From: Candidatus Bathyarchaeia archaeon
GTDB taxonomy: Bacteria > Patescibacteriota > Microgenomatia > PFEM01 > JAFGMK01
Direction: 5' to 3'
NCBI GenBank assembly: GCA_035529595.1
Contig: DATKWK010000017.1
Location: forward strand, 314,961-378,960
Length of the DNA stretch: 64,000 nt
Numbering within the stretch: the first letter of the stretch is position 1; each line of letters begins with the position of its first letter. Shown piece by piece: positions 1-9,064 of the stretch. The notes below the pieces were generated by a model. It worked only from the letters and a program-made list of their open reading frames with translations. It was not told where the DNA came from and did no database searches. A program made the position numbers and the translations under genes.

Positions 1-85
1 GGAAATGAAATTCTAAATCTGTCCCGTCAACCCCGTCTGATGGACAAACTTAGAATTTTTTTTGTTTAGGGCAAATTAAAAGGGT

Positions 86-337
86 TTAACTATTATTCTC
101 TCTTTTCTTACTACCTCTCAAAACCGATAAAAGTATAACCGACGACAACAATCCGGCTGTAATTATTAATCCTTTACCAATTATCCTGTCGCAATCGATG
201 ATCACCGCAGCACAAGATAGACCTTCAGGACAAAGTGGTGTGCAGTTTCCTATACCCGGATTTAACGCTCCCGTTTTGAGTGCTATTCCCGCTGCCAATA
301 GAAACAAAGCCAAAATTGTCCAGATATATTTACTCAT
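86..337 (-). CDS. Small two-TM membrane protein with Cys-rich loop
   Basis: Two hydrophobic segments flank CTPLCPEGLSCAAVIIDC; GAAGGAGG SD-like sequence upstream. Confidence 0.6.
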   Translation of the reverse strand: MSKYIWTILALFLLAAGIALKTGALNPGIGNCTPLCPEGLSCAAVIIDCDRIIGKGLIITAGLLSSVILLSVLRGSKKRENNS

Positions 338-392
338 AAAACATCAAGTAAAATCCTCCTTCAGAACAATTGACTGAAACTCAAATTGAGCT

Positions 393-596
393 TTACTTTT
401 TATTTGGACATTCGGTTTCAGGCATTGGCGCACTCGGATAGCCATGCCTGACCCACTGCCCGTTAACACAAATCCAATCGTCTTCAGGCCCGCCGATGGC
501 AAACCTGACAGACAGCCACCCTAGTAATAAAATCGAAAAAATAAACAGGACTTTTTTCAGTTTCAATATTTTTCTTTTCCCGGTTTTTTTCGCCAT
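393..596 (-). CDS. Small membrane-anchored protein, GGPEDxWxC...WxxHGxP module
   Basis: N-terminal TM followed by a motif shared with 6280 and 27809. Confidence 0.8.
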   Translation of the reverse strand: MAKKTGKRKILKLKKVLFIFSILLLGWLSVRFAIGGPEDDWICVNGQWVRHGYPSAPMPETECPNKK

Positions 597-600
597 AAAT

Positions 601-1423
601 TTAATAGAGACAGCCTTTTATCGGCACAGTCTTAATAATGAGATCGTACATTTGTTGATAGTTCTGGCTGAGAAGATTTTCTTGCCAGTCAAAGTAGCCA
701 TTGGCCTTTTTTAATTCCTCTTTTACCTCTGCCTCATTCAGATTGCCCCTTTTTATACACATCGGGGGCAGGTTTGGACGGGTCTGTTTTGTCTCTACGC
801 AGCGGGTGATTGTTTTAGACGCTATGGTTGAGGCGACTTTTTGACGAAGGCTCTTTAGCTGAACAAGAGTATTATTCCGCATGCTTAAGGCAGAACTAGT
901 GTAACTGGTCAAATCTTCTTCGAAGGTCCGGGGAGAATCGACAGTAATTTCCGTCTCATAAACTTTGTAAGAATCTCCAGAACCAACGTAGACTTTTTTC
1001 TTTTTCTCCGCCTTCCGAACCATCAAATTTAAGGAAGTTTATTTGAAATCTATCGTTGGTAACCGTTGGCGCTGAGTTGTCGGCAAAACTGAAATTTACT
1101 CCCCAACCAGGCTGGGCCGGTAAAAAGTCAACCTCTAAACCGACACCGTAAACTTCCGGAAGCGTATATTCTGTCGTAAAAAGCGTAACTTGATACTTAT
1201 CTCTATTACCACTCTTGCACCCCAAGCCATTGCACCAGGATGCTTGATAAAAATTACCGACCTCAGAATAATCTTGGTAATTTTTCCAGGAAGATTTATT
1301 CCAGTTTCTTATGTATTGATCTAAAGTTTGTATCCTTTCTTTATCCTCTTTAGACTGAAAGACGAGGTTATTCCAGCCGCTAAATAGTTGGGTTTTTTGA
1401 TTGGTTTTCTGCCGCAGGTTCAC
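601..1423 (-). pseudogene. Frameshifted hypothetical protein (ORFs 956-1423 and 601-1026)
   Basis: Overlapping ORFs join if one A is removed from GAAAAAGAAAAAAGTC (around 993-1005); could be a sequencing error. Confidence 0.55.
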
Positions 1424-1529
1424 GGCTTGGGTCTTGGATACTAAAAAAATAGACTAGTAAGAAAAAGTGTGTTAGTATTTCCATACTATGGGACAGGTCG
1501 AGAGTGGGATAGATAGGGGCCCTGATTTT
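1414..1529 (+). repeat. About 116-bp module (upstream region plus first ~14 codons of the NUDIX gene), copy 1
   Basis: High identity to the reverse complement of 62591-62707. Confidence 0.9.
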
Positions 1530-2144
1530 AGTAAAGAAGTCTTAACTCCTATCGGGGCAGCCGGTATTCTGGTTGTGAGGCAGGGGCCTGGTGAAACAAG
1601 ATTTCTCTTAGGACAAAGATTAGGTCCATTGGAACATTTGCGCTATAGTCCTCCGGGAGGAAGATTCGAACCAGAGGAAGCAGAAGATCCCAGAAAATGT
1701 GCCGTTAGGGAACTGGTGGATGAAACAGGAATTGACGCTTCTCCTGAAGAACTAATTCAAGTTTACGAAGGTAGGCAGGTTTTTACGGAGAGTCGAGCTG
1801 TTTTTTTATATTTTGGTTATATTCTTATCTGGCAGGATAGAATGGGGGAACCGCAAAACAGAGAGCCGGATATACATAGAGATTGGCAATGGTTAAGCAG
1901 ACGTCAAATACAGGAATTAAGGGAGGCAGATCTAGCCGCTGCCGCGGTGGAGCTCTTAAATGCTTATGATAAATTTGAAATTAATCAATTGAGCAAGGCA
2001 GCTTTACCGGAAAGACTGCCTCTGAGGCATGACGTTATTGTTCCAAGATTGTTTACTGGAACAGATGATACAAGTCGTAATGATCTAGGTCTTTCAACTA
2101 CAATGAAAGATTTGGAAGAAAGAATTTCTCGCCGTCGTCCGTAA
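1488..2144 (+). CDS. NUDIX hydrolase with N- and C-terminal extensions
   Basis: Nudix box PGGRFEPEEAEDPRKCAVRELVDETG. Confidence 0.85.
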   Translation: MGQVESGIDRGPDFSKEVLTPIGAAGILVVRQGPGETRFLLGQRLGPLEHLRYSPPGGRFEPEEAEDPRKCAVRELVDETGIDASPEELIQVYEGRQVFTESRAVFLYFGYILIWQDRMGEPQNREPDIHRDWQWLSRRQIQELREADLAAAAVELLNAYDKFEINQLSKAALPERLPLRHDVIVPRLFTGTDDTSRNDLGLSTTMKDLEERISRRRP

Positions 2145-2285
2145 AAGGTGCAAACTGACGTCTATTTCTATTATTGAGAGTATATTTAATCGCTTAGGAT
2201 CAGATTTATTTTGCAAACCTTGTTATACTAAGATTAGTTAATTGAATAGAAATATTGTGTCTCAACAAAAGGAGGTGCAAATATT

Positions 2286-2528
2286 ATGCCGCGCAAGAAG
2301 AAAGAAGTTTTTAAAATTAACGGTGACGAATTGCTAAAAAAGGTTAGACAACTAATAAGAGAAGGCAATGTCAGAAGAATTTCCATCAAAAACAAAGAAG
2401 ACGAGGTTATCGCCGAGTTTCCCCTGACTTTTGGGGTAATTGGCGCCGTTGTCGCCCCGGTTTTGGCTGCGATCGGTGCCATTGCCGCCTTGGTAGGCGA
2501 ATGTACGATGTCCGTTGAAAGAGACTGA
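2286..2528 (+). CDS. DUF4342-like small protein
   Basis: EGNVRRISIK...EFPLTFGVIG pattern; AGGAGG SD. Confidence 0.75.
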   Translation: MPRKKKEVFKINGDELLKKVRQLIREGNVRRISIKNKEDEVIAEFPLTFGVIGAVVAPVLAAIGAIAALVGECTMSVERD

Positions 2529-2589
2529 TAGTATCCCGAAAGAGTTTAAATAATATTTCATTGGATGCTGCTGAAGGAGGTGAGGAAAA

Positions 2590-2850
2590 ACGGAAAATAC
2601 CAGTCAACAATTATGGCAGTTCTTGAATAATCCGCAATTTGTTATCCCGCTTATTGTTTGGGCTGTTTTTTGGGAAGGTTTCGCTCTCTGGAAAGCAGCC
2701 ACAAAACGCCAGTTGGTTTGGTTTATTATTTTATTGATTACCAATTCACTGGGACTACTGGAAATTACTTACGTCTTTTTCTTAAACCGTTGGGATATTG
2801 ATAACGGAAAACTGCTGGTTCTTTTGGAAAAGAAATTTAAGAAAAAATAA
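2590..2850 (+). CDS. DUF5652-like small membrane protein (probable start at in-frame ACG 2590)
   Basis: GFALWKAA...WFIILL..NSLGLLEI pattern; AAGGAGGTG SD lies just upstream of ACG rather than TTG 2623. Confidence 0.65.
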   Translation, partial: TENTSQQLWQFLNNPQFVIPLIVWAVFWEGFALWKAATKRQLVWFIILLITNSLGLLEITYVFFLNRWDIDNGKLLVLLEKKFKKK

Positions 2851-2861
2851 GATTAATCTGT

Positions 2862-3599
2862 TTATCGCTTTATTTCAAGTTTTCTGCTGCCTTCGCGGAA
2901 GCTTAAACCGGACATATCATCTTTATTTTCTCTGAGAAACTTGCTTACGTTTTCAGGGTCTTTTTGAGACATTTCCCGCAAGGTCCATCCGATTGCTTTC
3001 CGGATAAAAAACTTTGCTCGCTTGTTTTGCAGTTTGTTTTTGTATTTTTTGTCTATCCAATCTTCATTGAATTGAGATTTAGCTAGCCTAAAAAATAAGT
3101 TTCTGCTCCCCTTATTGATCCCTTCCCGGAATAATAATAACTGTGCCAAAAGAGCCGATCTTCTGATCCAAAAATCATCGTCTTTTATCCATTCTTCCAA
3201 AATTTTGTAGGCGCTTTTGTCTTTTGCTAAAATTTCCGGCATTACGGGAATGATAAAGCCATCCAGAAGGGCCCAGCCTTTGCATTCTCTGGCCCATTTT
3301 TCTATCCAGGTTAAATCTGATTTATTCATTTTCTGTTTATGAAGCTCCACGATCTCCAAGGCGAAGCTTTTTTCTTCAAAGGAATCTTGGTCCCAGAACT
3401 TTTGGGCTAATTCTAAGGCTGTTTTCTTGGAAAGATTCTTGAGTTTACTTCGGTATTTCTTTAAATGTGCTCTTCTTTTCCCTGTGGGGATGCCGTAATG
3501 AACCAGATCCGAATATAAATATTTTTTCGCCTTTTCTGCTCGTAGAGGATCTTGATTCTGCTTAAGAAAAATCCGATATCTTTTTAGAATGTTGGACAT
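2862..3599 (-). CDS. DNA alkylation repair protein (AlkD-like HEAT-repeat)
   Basis: W..DDDFWIRRSA and FFIRKAIGWTLRE motifs. Confidence 0.85.
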   Translation of the reverse strand: MSNILKRYRIFLKQNQDPLRAEKAKKYLYSDLVHYGIPTGKRRAHLKKYRSKLKNLSKKTALELAQKFWDQDSFEEKSFALEIVELHKQKMNKSDLTWIEKWARECKGWALLDGFIIPVMPEILAKDKSAYKILEEWIKDDDFWIRRSALLAQLLLFREGINKGSRNLFFRLAKSQFNEDWIDKKYKNKLQNKRAKFFIRKAIGWTLREMSQKDPENVSKFLRENKDDMSGLSFREGSRKLEIKR

Positions 3600-3689
3600 T
3601 AATCTTTAAGCTGATTTTGGTAATTATTGTTATTATTATAAGCAAACAGACTTTTCTTTAGTAGATGAGGACAAAAGACGCGTGGTGTC

Positions 3690-3702
3690 CATCCCCGGGG
3701 TG
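3690..3702. repeat. CAYC-N5-GGTG intergenic palindrome
   Basis: CATCCCCGGGGTG; relatives at 6505, 12949, 12973 and 59179. Confidence 0.55.
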
Positions 3703-3786
3703 AATAAATTTGTCAAAGAGTGTGAGTAAAACTACGCAGAATCGATAATTTTTTACCGGAAGGAGCATTTTTGATAAAATAAATTC

Positions 3787-4314
3787 ATGTTTAACAATCA
3801 GGCCATACAACCTAAATTTCTCTATCACGCTTCTCAAAATAGAAATATAAAAATTCTAAAGCCTAGGGCTAAAAGCATTAGGAGTTCGGATGAAGGTCCG
3901 GTCGTTTTTGCATCACCCGATAAAGCTTATGCCTCAATGTTTTTGGTTCCCAGTGATGACTGTTGGACTAGTAAAGGACAATTTGATGGGTGGTACTACC
4001 AAGCCATCTCTGAAGAGGAACGATACAGGAAGTTGGATAAAGGCGGAGCTATCTATACTTTTAAATCAAATACTTTTAAGTCAGACCCGACAAGAGGCAT
4101 GAGAGAAAAAGAGTGGATAAGTAAAGAACCGGTTAAACCAGTTAAAAAGGAAATATATGAATCCGGTCTTGATGCAATGATGCAATTAGGAGTAAAGGTA
4201 GTTTTTATCAGTCCGGCAGTTTTCTCCAGGTTTAGACAAATGCTTAGAAGAGGATTAATAAAAGAAGCCTTCAAACTGATTTTTTCTCCCGATTTGACTT
4301 CGAATTTACTGTAA
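3787..4314 (+). CDS. Hypothetical protein, possible ADP-ribosyltransferase-like fold
   Basis: LYHAS...ILKP...VFAS motif arrangement. Confidence 0.5.
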   Translation: MFNNQAIQPKFLYHASQNRNIKILKPRAKSIRSSDEGPVVFASPDKAYASMFLVPSDDCWTSKGQFDGWYYQAISEEERYRKLDKGGAIYTFKSNTFKSDPTRGMREKEWISKEPVKPVKKEIYESGLDAMMQLGVKVVFISPAVFSRFRQMLRRGLIKEAFKLIFSPDLTSNLL

Positions 4315-4613
4315 CTAATTTACCGGAATTTTTACCCTTTTGTCATTCTAACTTTGACGGCTATCGGAGAAAGAAGTTAGCGAAGCGTAAAAACATGCGC
4401 TTCGATAATAATCCTAACGTTCCAGAAATATTATAGGTTTACATCTTAAGTTTTTGATTAGGAAATACTGGTTACTTCTTTGGCAATTTATGTTTTTCAA
4501 GCTTATTCGTTTTCTATGTTAAAATAAAAAGTACGAATTTAAAAATACGACAATTACCGACATTACCCGGCTTAATCAATTGATTTTTATTATAGAGAGC
4601 CTTGTTAATTCAG

Positions 4614-5093
4614 ATGAAAACTGCTGCTTCCATTTTAAAGGTGATTTATAAAGAGTTGGTAAAAAAACACCAACAGGGGGTGTCTTTTATAATTTTTCTC
4701 TTTTTCTTGATTAGTTTTGTCCTCTCCAGAACTTGGACTTATCTTGCCTTGAGAAATATCGTCCCTGAATCTTTAACCGAAAATATTAACGGTGTCCATA
4801 TTCACCATTTCGCTTATGGAATTCTTCTAACCAGTGTTCTTGGTTATCTGGCCTTAAGTTTACCACATCGATACTTAGAAAAATGGAGAATCGAACTGGG
4901 AATATTGTATGGCATTAGCCTGGGTTTGACTTTTGATGAATTTGGAATGTGGCTGAGGTTGCGGGATGATTACCCGAGTCGTTTAAGCTATGACGCGGTC
5001 ACTATTATCGGCATTATTTTTGTCAATATCGTCTATTTTAGCGGCCTTTGGCGAAAATTGATTAAGAAAATTTATCAATGGTATTTTATCTGA
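4614..5093 (+). CDS. Integral membrane protein (HIHH motif family)
   Basis: About 4 TMs; HIHHFAYG and GLTFDEF motifs. Confidence 0.7.
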   Translation: MKTAASILKVIYKELVKKHQQGVSFIIFLFFLISFVLSRTWTYLALRNIVPESLTENINGVHIHHFAYGILLTSVLGYLALSLPHRYLEKWRIELGILYGISLGLTFDEFGMWLRLRDDYPSRLSYDAVTIIGIIFVNIVYFSGLWRKLIKKIYQWYFI

Positions 5094-5165
5094 TGACTTA
5101 GGCGATAGGAAGAAAGTCTGTAAGGTGACTAAGAACCAACCTTTTTCTATGATAAGATGATTTTA

Positions 5166-5693
5166 ATGAAAGTTGCTGTCGGTTCACTCAATCCGGTTAA
5201 AATTAAAGCTGCCAAAATGGCGTTTATAAAGGTGTTTGGTGATTGTCGAGTTATTGGCGTTTCCGTTTCTTCGGGTGTTTCCGATACTCCGCTAACCATT
5301 GAGGAGGCCATCAGGGGTGCTAAGAATCGGGCAAGAAGGGCAATTAGGAAGACTGAAGCTGATTTTGGAGTTGGTCTTGAGGGTACCTTTGAACCTACCA
5401 GTCTGGGTAATTTTCTCTGCGGTTTTGTGGCTATAGTTGATAACAAAAACAGATGGGGATTTGCTAAGGGCAGCGGTTTTCTTATGCCTGAAAAAATTGT
5501 CAATGAAGTAAAAACGGGTAAAGAATTAGGTTGTATTATGGACAAAATTACCGGGATTAAAAAAATTAAGCAGCATCAAGGCGCTACCGGATATTTCACC
5601 AAAAACTTGATCTCGAGAACTCAAAGTTTTGAACAGACTCTTATATATGCTCTTTCCAGATTCATTAGGTCGGAAATGTACGAATCAGATTAA
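5166..5693 (+). CDS. yjjX: Inosine/xanthosine triphosphatase (YjjX family)
   Basis: GSLNPVK, SGVSDTP, GAKNRA, GVGLEG motifs. Confidence 0.85.
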   Translation: MKVAVGSLNPVKIKAAKMAFIKVFGDCRVIGVSVSSGVSDTPLTIEEAIRGAKNRARRAIRKTEADFGVGLEGTFEPTSLGNFLCGFVAIVDNKNRWGFAKGSGFLMPEKIVNEVKTGKELGCIMDKITGIKKIKQHQGATGYFTKNLISRTQSFEQTLIYALSRFIRSEMYESD

Positions 5694-5717
5694 CTTTTTT
5701 TAAAATAGTGCTGGTAG

Positions 5718-6236
5718 ATGTTAAAAATTAAGCCGCCGAATTTCCGATTTTGCCCGTTTTGTGCCAAAAAACTTCAGGTTAGATCGGAAGAGGAAAGAAA
5801 AAGAAAATATTGCTCTTTATGTAGTTGGACTTATTATCCTCATGCCGGTAGTGCAGCAGCAGCGATTATTATTAGAGATAGAAAAGTGCTGATGGTCAAA
5901 AGAAGGCGAGAGCCTTATAAAGATTACTGGATGTTTCCTGCCGGTTTTATTGAATTTGGCGAACATCCTTTAGAAGCTTTAAAAAGAGAGATTAACGAGG
6001 AAACCGGTCTCCGGGCCAAAAAAGCAAGTTTACTAGATATTATTCAATCTATAGACGATGGCCGCAGTCCCGGCCATTTCATTTTTTTTTATCAAGTAAC
6101 AACCACCGGAGTTACGCTTAAAACTGATAAAGAAGAGAATCAAGATATAGCTTGGATAGAAATCGACAGACCGCCTGAAAAAATTGGCTGGCAAGCGCAT
6201 AGACTAATGCTTAAGCGTCTGCAAGAAAAAGCATAG
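5718..6236 (+). CDS. NUDIX hydrolase with N-terminal zinc ribbon
   Basis: FCPFC...CSLC; Nudix box PAGFIEFGE...REINEETG. Confidence 0.85.
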   Translation: MLKIKPPNFRFCPFCAKKLQVRSEEERKRKYCSLCSWTYYPHAGSAAAAIIIRDRKVLMVKRRREPYKDYWMFPAGFIEFGEHPLEALKREINEETGLRAKKASLLDIIQSIDDGRSPGHFIFFYQVTTTGVTLKTDKEENQDIAWIEIDRPPEKIGWQAHRLMLKRLQEKA

Positions 6237-6279
6237 ACAGTAATTTACTATACTAAATTGTTTTATTAGGTATTAGTGT

Positions 6280-6504
6280 ATGATTAAACCGGTGAAAAAA
6301 ACTTCAAATATTGCTTTGTGTGTCGTTTTTGTTACTGTAGCGGCTTGGGGGATATTAAGATTCATCTTCGGCGGTCCTGAAGATACTTGGCTTTGCCAAA
6401 ACGGTCAATGGATAAAACACGGTAATCCGGCTAAACCGCCTCCGGACACCGGTTGCGGCGAAGCTTCTTCTCAGAAAGCCGCTGAGGAGTCTAAATCCTG
6501 CTGA
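6280..6504 (+). CDS. Small membrane-anchored protein, GGPEDxWxC module
   Basis: GGPEDTWLCQNGQWIKHGNP. Confidence 0.8.
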   Translation: MIKPVKKTSNIALCVVFVTVAAWGILRFIFGGPEDTWLCQNGQWIKHGNPAKPPPDTGCGEASSQKAAEESKSC

Positions 6505-6517
6505 CACCTCCGGGGTG
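6505..6517. repeat. CACC-N5-GGTG palindrome
   Basis: CACCTCCGGGGTG directly after a stop codon. Confidence 0.6.
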
Positions 6518-6554
6518 CACACCTATTGACACCTTGGTACATGAAAAAAATAAT

Positions 6555-6586
6555 CTCTCAGTTGTTTCTCAGTAAATTGCTATAAT
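6555..6586 (+). promoter_or_regulatory. Putative OmpR-type direct-repeat box plus extended -10
   Basis: CTCTCAG-N4-TTCTCAG followed by TGCTATAAT upstream of the response regulator. Confidence 0.55.
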
Positions 6587-6597
6587 ATGCTCGCAAT

Positions 6598-7281
6598 ATG
6601 AGGATCCTGATTGTAGAAGACGAACACAAAATTGCCAATTCCATTAAAAAAGGACTGGAACAGGAGTCTTATGCGGTTGATACGGCTTATGACGGTGAGC
6701 ATGGTTTTGATCTGGCAGTTTCCGAGGAGTACGATGTTATTATTTTGGATTTAATGTTGCCCAAAATGGATGGAATGGAAATTTGCCGGAAACTTAGACA
6801 AAATGAAGGTATTCACACTCCCATTTTAATGCTGACAGCCAAAGGCCAACTAAATGATAAGATTAACGGTTTGAATGTCGGTGCCGACGATTACTTAGTT
6901 AAACCTTTTGCTTTTACTGAATTATTGGCCAGAATTAGAGCTTTAACCAGGAGGCCGAAGAGCAGCTTAAGTCCGGTTTTAGTAACGGATAACCTGAGTC
7001 TTAATACCTTAACCTTTGAAGTACAGCGGGGCGGAAAACAAATAAAATTATCAAGAAAAGAATTTGCCTTATTGGAATATCTCTTGAGGTATAAAGGCAA
7101 AATCTTGACTAAGGATCGAATAATCAATCATGTTTGGAACTATGATGCTGATATTCTTCCTAATACGGTTGAGGTTTATATCGGTTATTTAAGAAATAAA
7201 ATTGACAAACCCTTTCGAGGCCAAAAGCCTCTTATTCAAACAGTAAGGGGTTTCGGCTATAAGATAGGAGACAAAGATTAA
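6598..7281 (+). CDS. OmpR/PhoB-family response regulator
   Basis: Receiver domain (VED, DLMLP, KPF) and C-terminal winged helix (TVRGFGY). Confidence 0.95.
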   Translation: MRILIVEDEHKIANSIKKGLEQESYAVDTAYDGEHGFDLAVSEEYDVIILDLMLPKMDGMEICRKLRQNEGIHTPILMLTAKGQLNDKINGLNVGADDYLVKPFAFTELLARIRALTRRPKSSLSPVLVTDNLSLNTLTFEVQRGGKQIKLSRKEFALLEYLLRYKGKILTKDRIINHVWNYDADILPNTVEVYIGYLRNKIDKPFRGQKPLIQTVRGFGYKIGDKD

Positions 7282-8309
7282 TGTTTAAATCGGCGCGGAT
7301 AAAATTAACTGGCTGGTATCTTTTGATTATTATGCTTGTCAGCCTGCTTTTCAGTGGCATAATTTATACTGCTATTTCAAAAGAATTAGAACGTGGTTTT
7401 AGACAAGCCGAAATGCATTTTAGGATGGGTGAGCCAGCTATTCCATTATTCAGGCAATCTTGGCGTTTAGAAAATGCCAGCCCGCAATTGATTGAAGAGT
7501 TGGAACTGGCTAAAAAAAGACTGGTTCTAAATTTATTATCAATTAATGGAGCAATACTGGGTTTCTCGGCTATTGCTGGTTATCTCTTGGCCGGAAAGAC
7601 GCTTCAACCAATTGAAACGGTTCTTGAAGAACAAAAAAGATTTGTTGCTGATGCCTCACATGAGCTGCGGACACCTCTGACTGCCCTTAAGACCGCAATT
7701 GAAGTTACCCTCAGGGAAAAAGATATAAGTCCTAAGGAAGCCAGGTCGGTTTTAAAAAGCAACCTTGAGGATGTTAATAATTTAGAAAATTTAGCCAATA
7801 ACCTTTTGAATTTAGCCCAGTATCAAGACAACGGTCATAATCTTATTTTTCAGGATGTCAATATTGCCGCAGTAGTCAGAAATGCCTACCGGAAGATTCT
7901 GCCTCTGGCAAAGAAAAAGAATATCAAAATAAAACTTGAAGTCGAGAAGCAAGCGGTTTTTGCAAACCAGGACAGTCTGGAGAAGATGTTGGTTAATTTT
8001 TTGGACAATGCCATTAAATATACCCCTGAAGGTGGTAAAGTTTCCATAACAGCAAAGCAGGGCAAGAAAAACCTGGTTATTAAGATTAAAGATTCGGGAG
8101 TCGGCATTCCCAAGAAAGACCTGTCTCATATTTTCGACCGGTTTTACCGGGCCGAACAGTCGCGTTCGAAGGATAAAATTTCCGGTTTTGGCTTGGGACT
8201 ATCGCTGGCCAAAAGAATTATTGAAATTCACAAAGGAAGCGTGTCTGTTGCCAGTACTTTGGGTAAGGGAACTGCTTTTACCGTTAAACTTCCCTTTAGA
8301 CATTCTTAA
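7281..8309 (+). CDS. Sensor histidine kinase
   Basis: Two TMs; H-box ASHELRTP; N, G1, F and G2 boxes. Confidence 0.95.
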   Translation: MFKSARIKLTGWYLLIIMLVSLLFSGIIYTAISKELERGFRQAEMHFRMGEPAIPLFRQSWRLENASPQLIEELELAKKRLVLNLLSINGAILGFSAIAGYLLAGKTLQPIETVLEEQKRFVADASHELRTPLTALKTAIEVTLREKDISPKEARSVLKSNLEDVNNLENLANNLLNLAQYQDNGHNLIFQDVNIAAVVRNAYRKILPLAKKKNIKIKLEVEKQAVFANQDSLEKMLVNFLDNAIKYTPEGGKVSITAKQGKKNLVIKIKDSGVGIPKKDLSHIFDRFYRAEQSRSKDKISGFGLGLSLAKRIIEIHKGSVSVASTLGKGTAFTVKLPFRHS

Positions 8310-8466
8310 TCTCCTTTAAGCATTTTTTCAGCTGAATTGTTTTCACTACTGACTAATGTCAAAAATACTTCCTTTCTCAAATAGAGAACTACCTATTAAG
8401 CTTTTTCTCAGATTACTGGCTTATACTGCCGGTTTAGAATTATTGGGAAGGAGGTGAAATAGAAAG

Positions 8467-8925
8467 ATGCAAAATCAAAAATCAAAAACTAAAAAATTAC
8501 TGGTGATTTTCGGCCTGGCCTGTAGTTTATTGCTACTGCTTGGTATTTTCCGTAGGGGAAAGACAGCTGTTCAGGCAGCTGCTCCGAACCAGTCGTTTAT
8601 TGACCGACTCGTAGAGCGCTTTGGTCTTAACAAAGACGAAGTTACGACTGTTATGGACGAGATGCGCACTGAGCGCCAACAGCAAAGGCAAGCTTATATG
8701 GAATCCAGATTTAATCAAGCAGTTAGTGACGAAATAATTACTACTGACCAAAAGCAAGCCTTACTCAAAAAGTATACCGAAATGGAGGACAGGCATAATC
8801 AGGAACGGGAAGAGATGAGAAAGTGGGTGGAAGAAAGCGGCATTGACTTTGATAAGCTTGCTCCTTATGGAGTTGGATTCGGCGGTAAAGGCTTCGGCCG
8901 GGGACATCATTTCGTTGGTTTCTAA
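8467..8925 (+). CDS. Secreted/membrane-anchored helical protein
   Basis: N-terminal TM, charged helical body, Gly-rich tail; GGAGGTG SD. Confidence 0.7.
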   Translation: MQNQKSKTKKLLVIFGLACSLLLLLGIFRRGKTAVQAAAPNQSFIDRLVERFGLNKDEVTTVMDEMRTERQQQRQAYMESRFNQAVSDEIITTDQKQALLKKYTEMEDRHNQEREEMRKWVEESGIDFDKLAPYGVGFGGKGFGRGHHFVGF

Positions 8926-8981
8926 TCGCTGGTTCGCTATTTATCAAAAAACACTTCCTGTTCTATAATAGGGAGTGTTTT

Positions 8982-8999
8982 TTCTCAGCCTTTTCTCAG
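8982..8999 (+). promoter_or_regulatory. Putative response-regulator direct-repeat box
   Basis: TTCTCAG-CCTT-TTCTCAG upstream of the exporter operon. Confidence 0.55.
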
Positions 9000-9064
9000 A
9001 TATTAGCAATAGAATTGCCCCGGAGTATAATAGATTAAAGATTTTACAAAAAAGGGATATTTTT

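Noticed and set aside
2130-2156. Further att-like sites at 2136 and 12903 (CGTCC cores)
   Set aside because: They lack the AGGGGGAG half and the antisense DxxRT frame; probably chance matches.
4347-4383. attC-like TTCTAAC...GTTAGCG
   Set aside because: Too short, single copy, with poor internal pairing.
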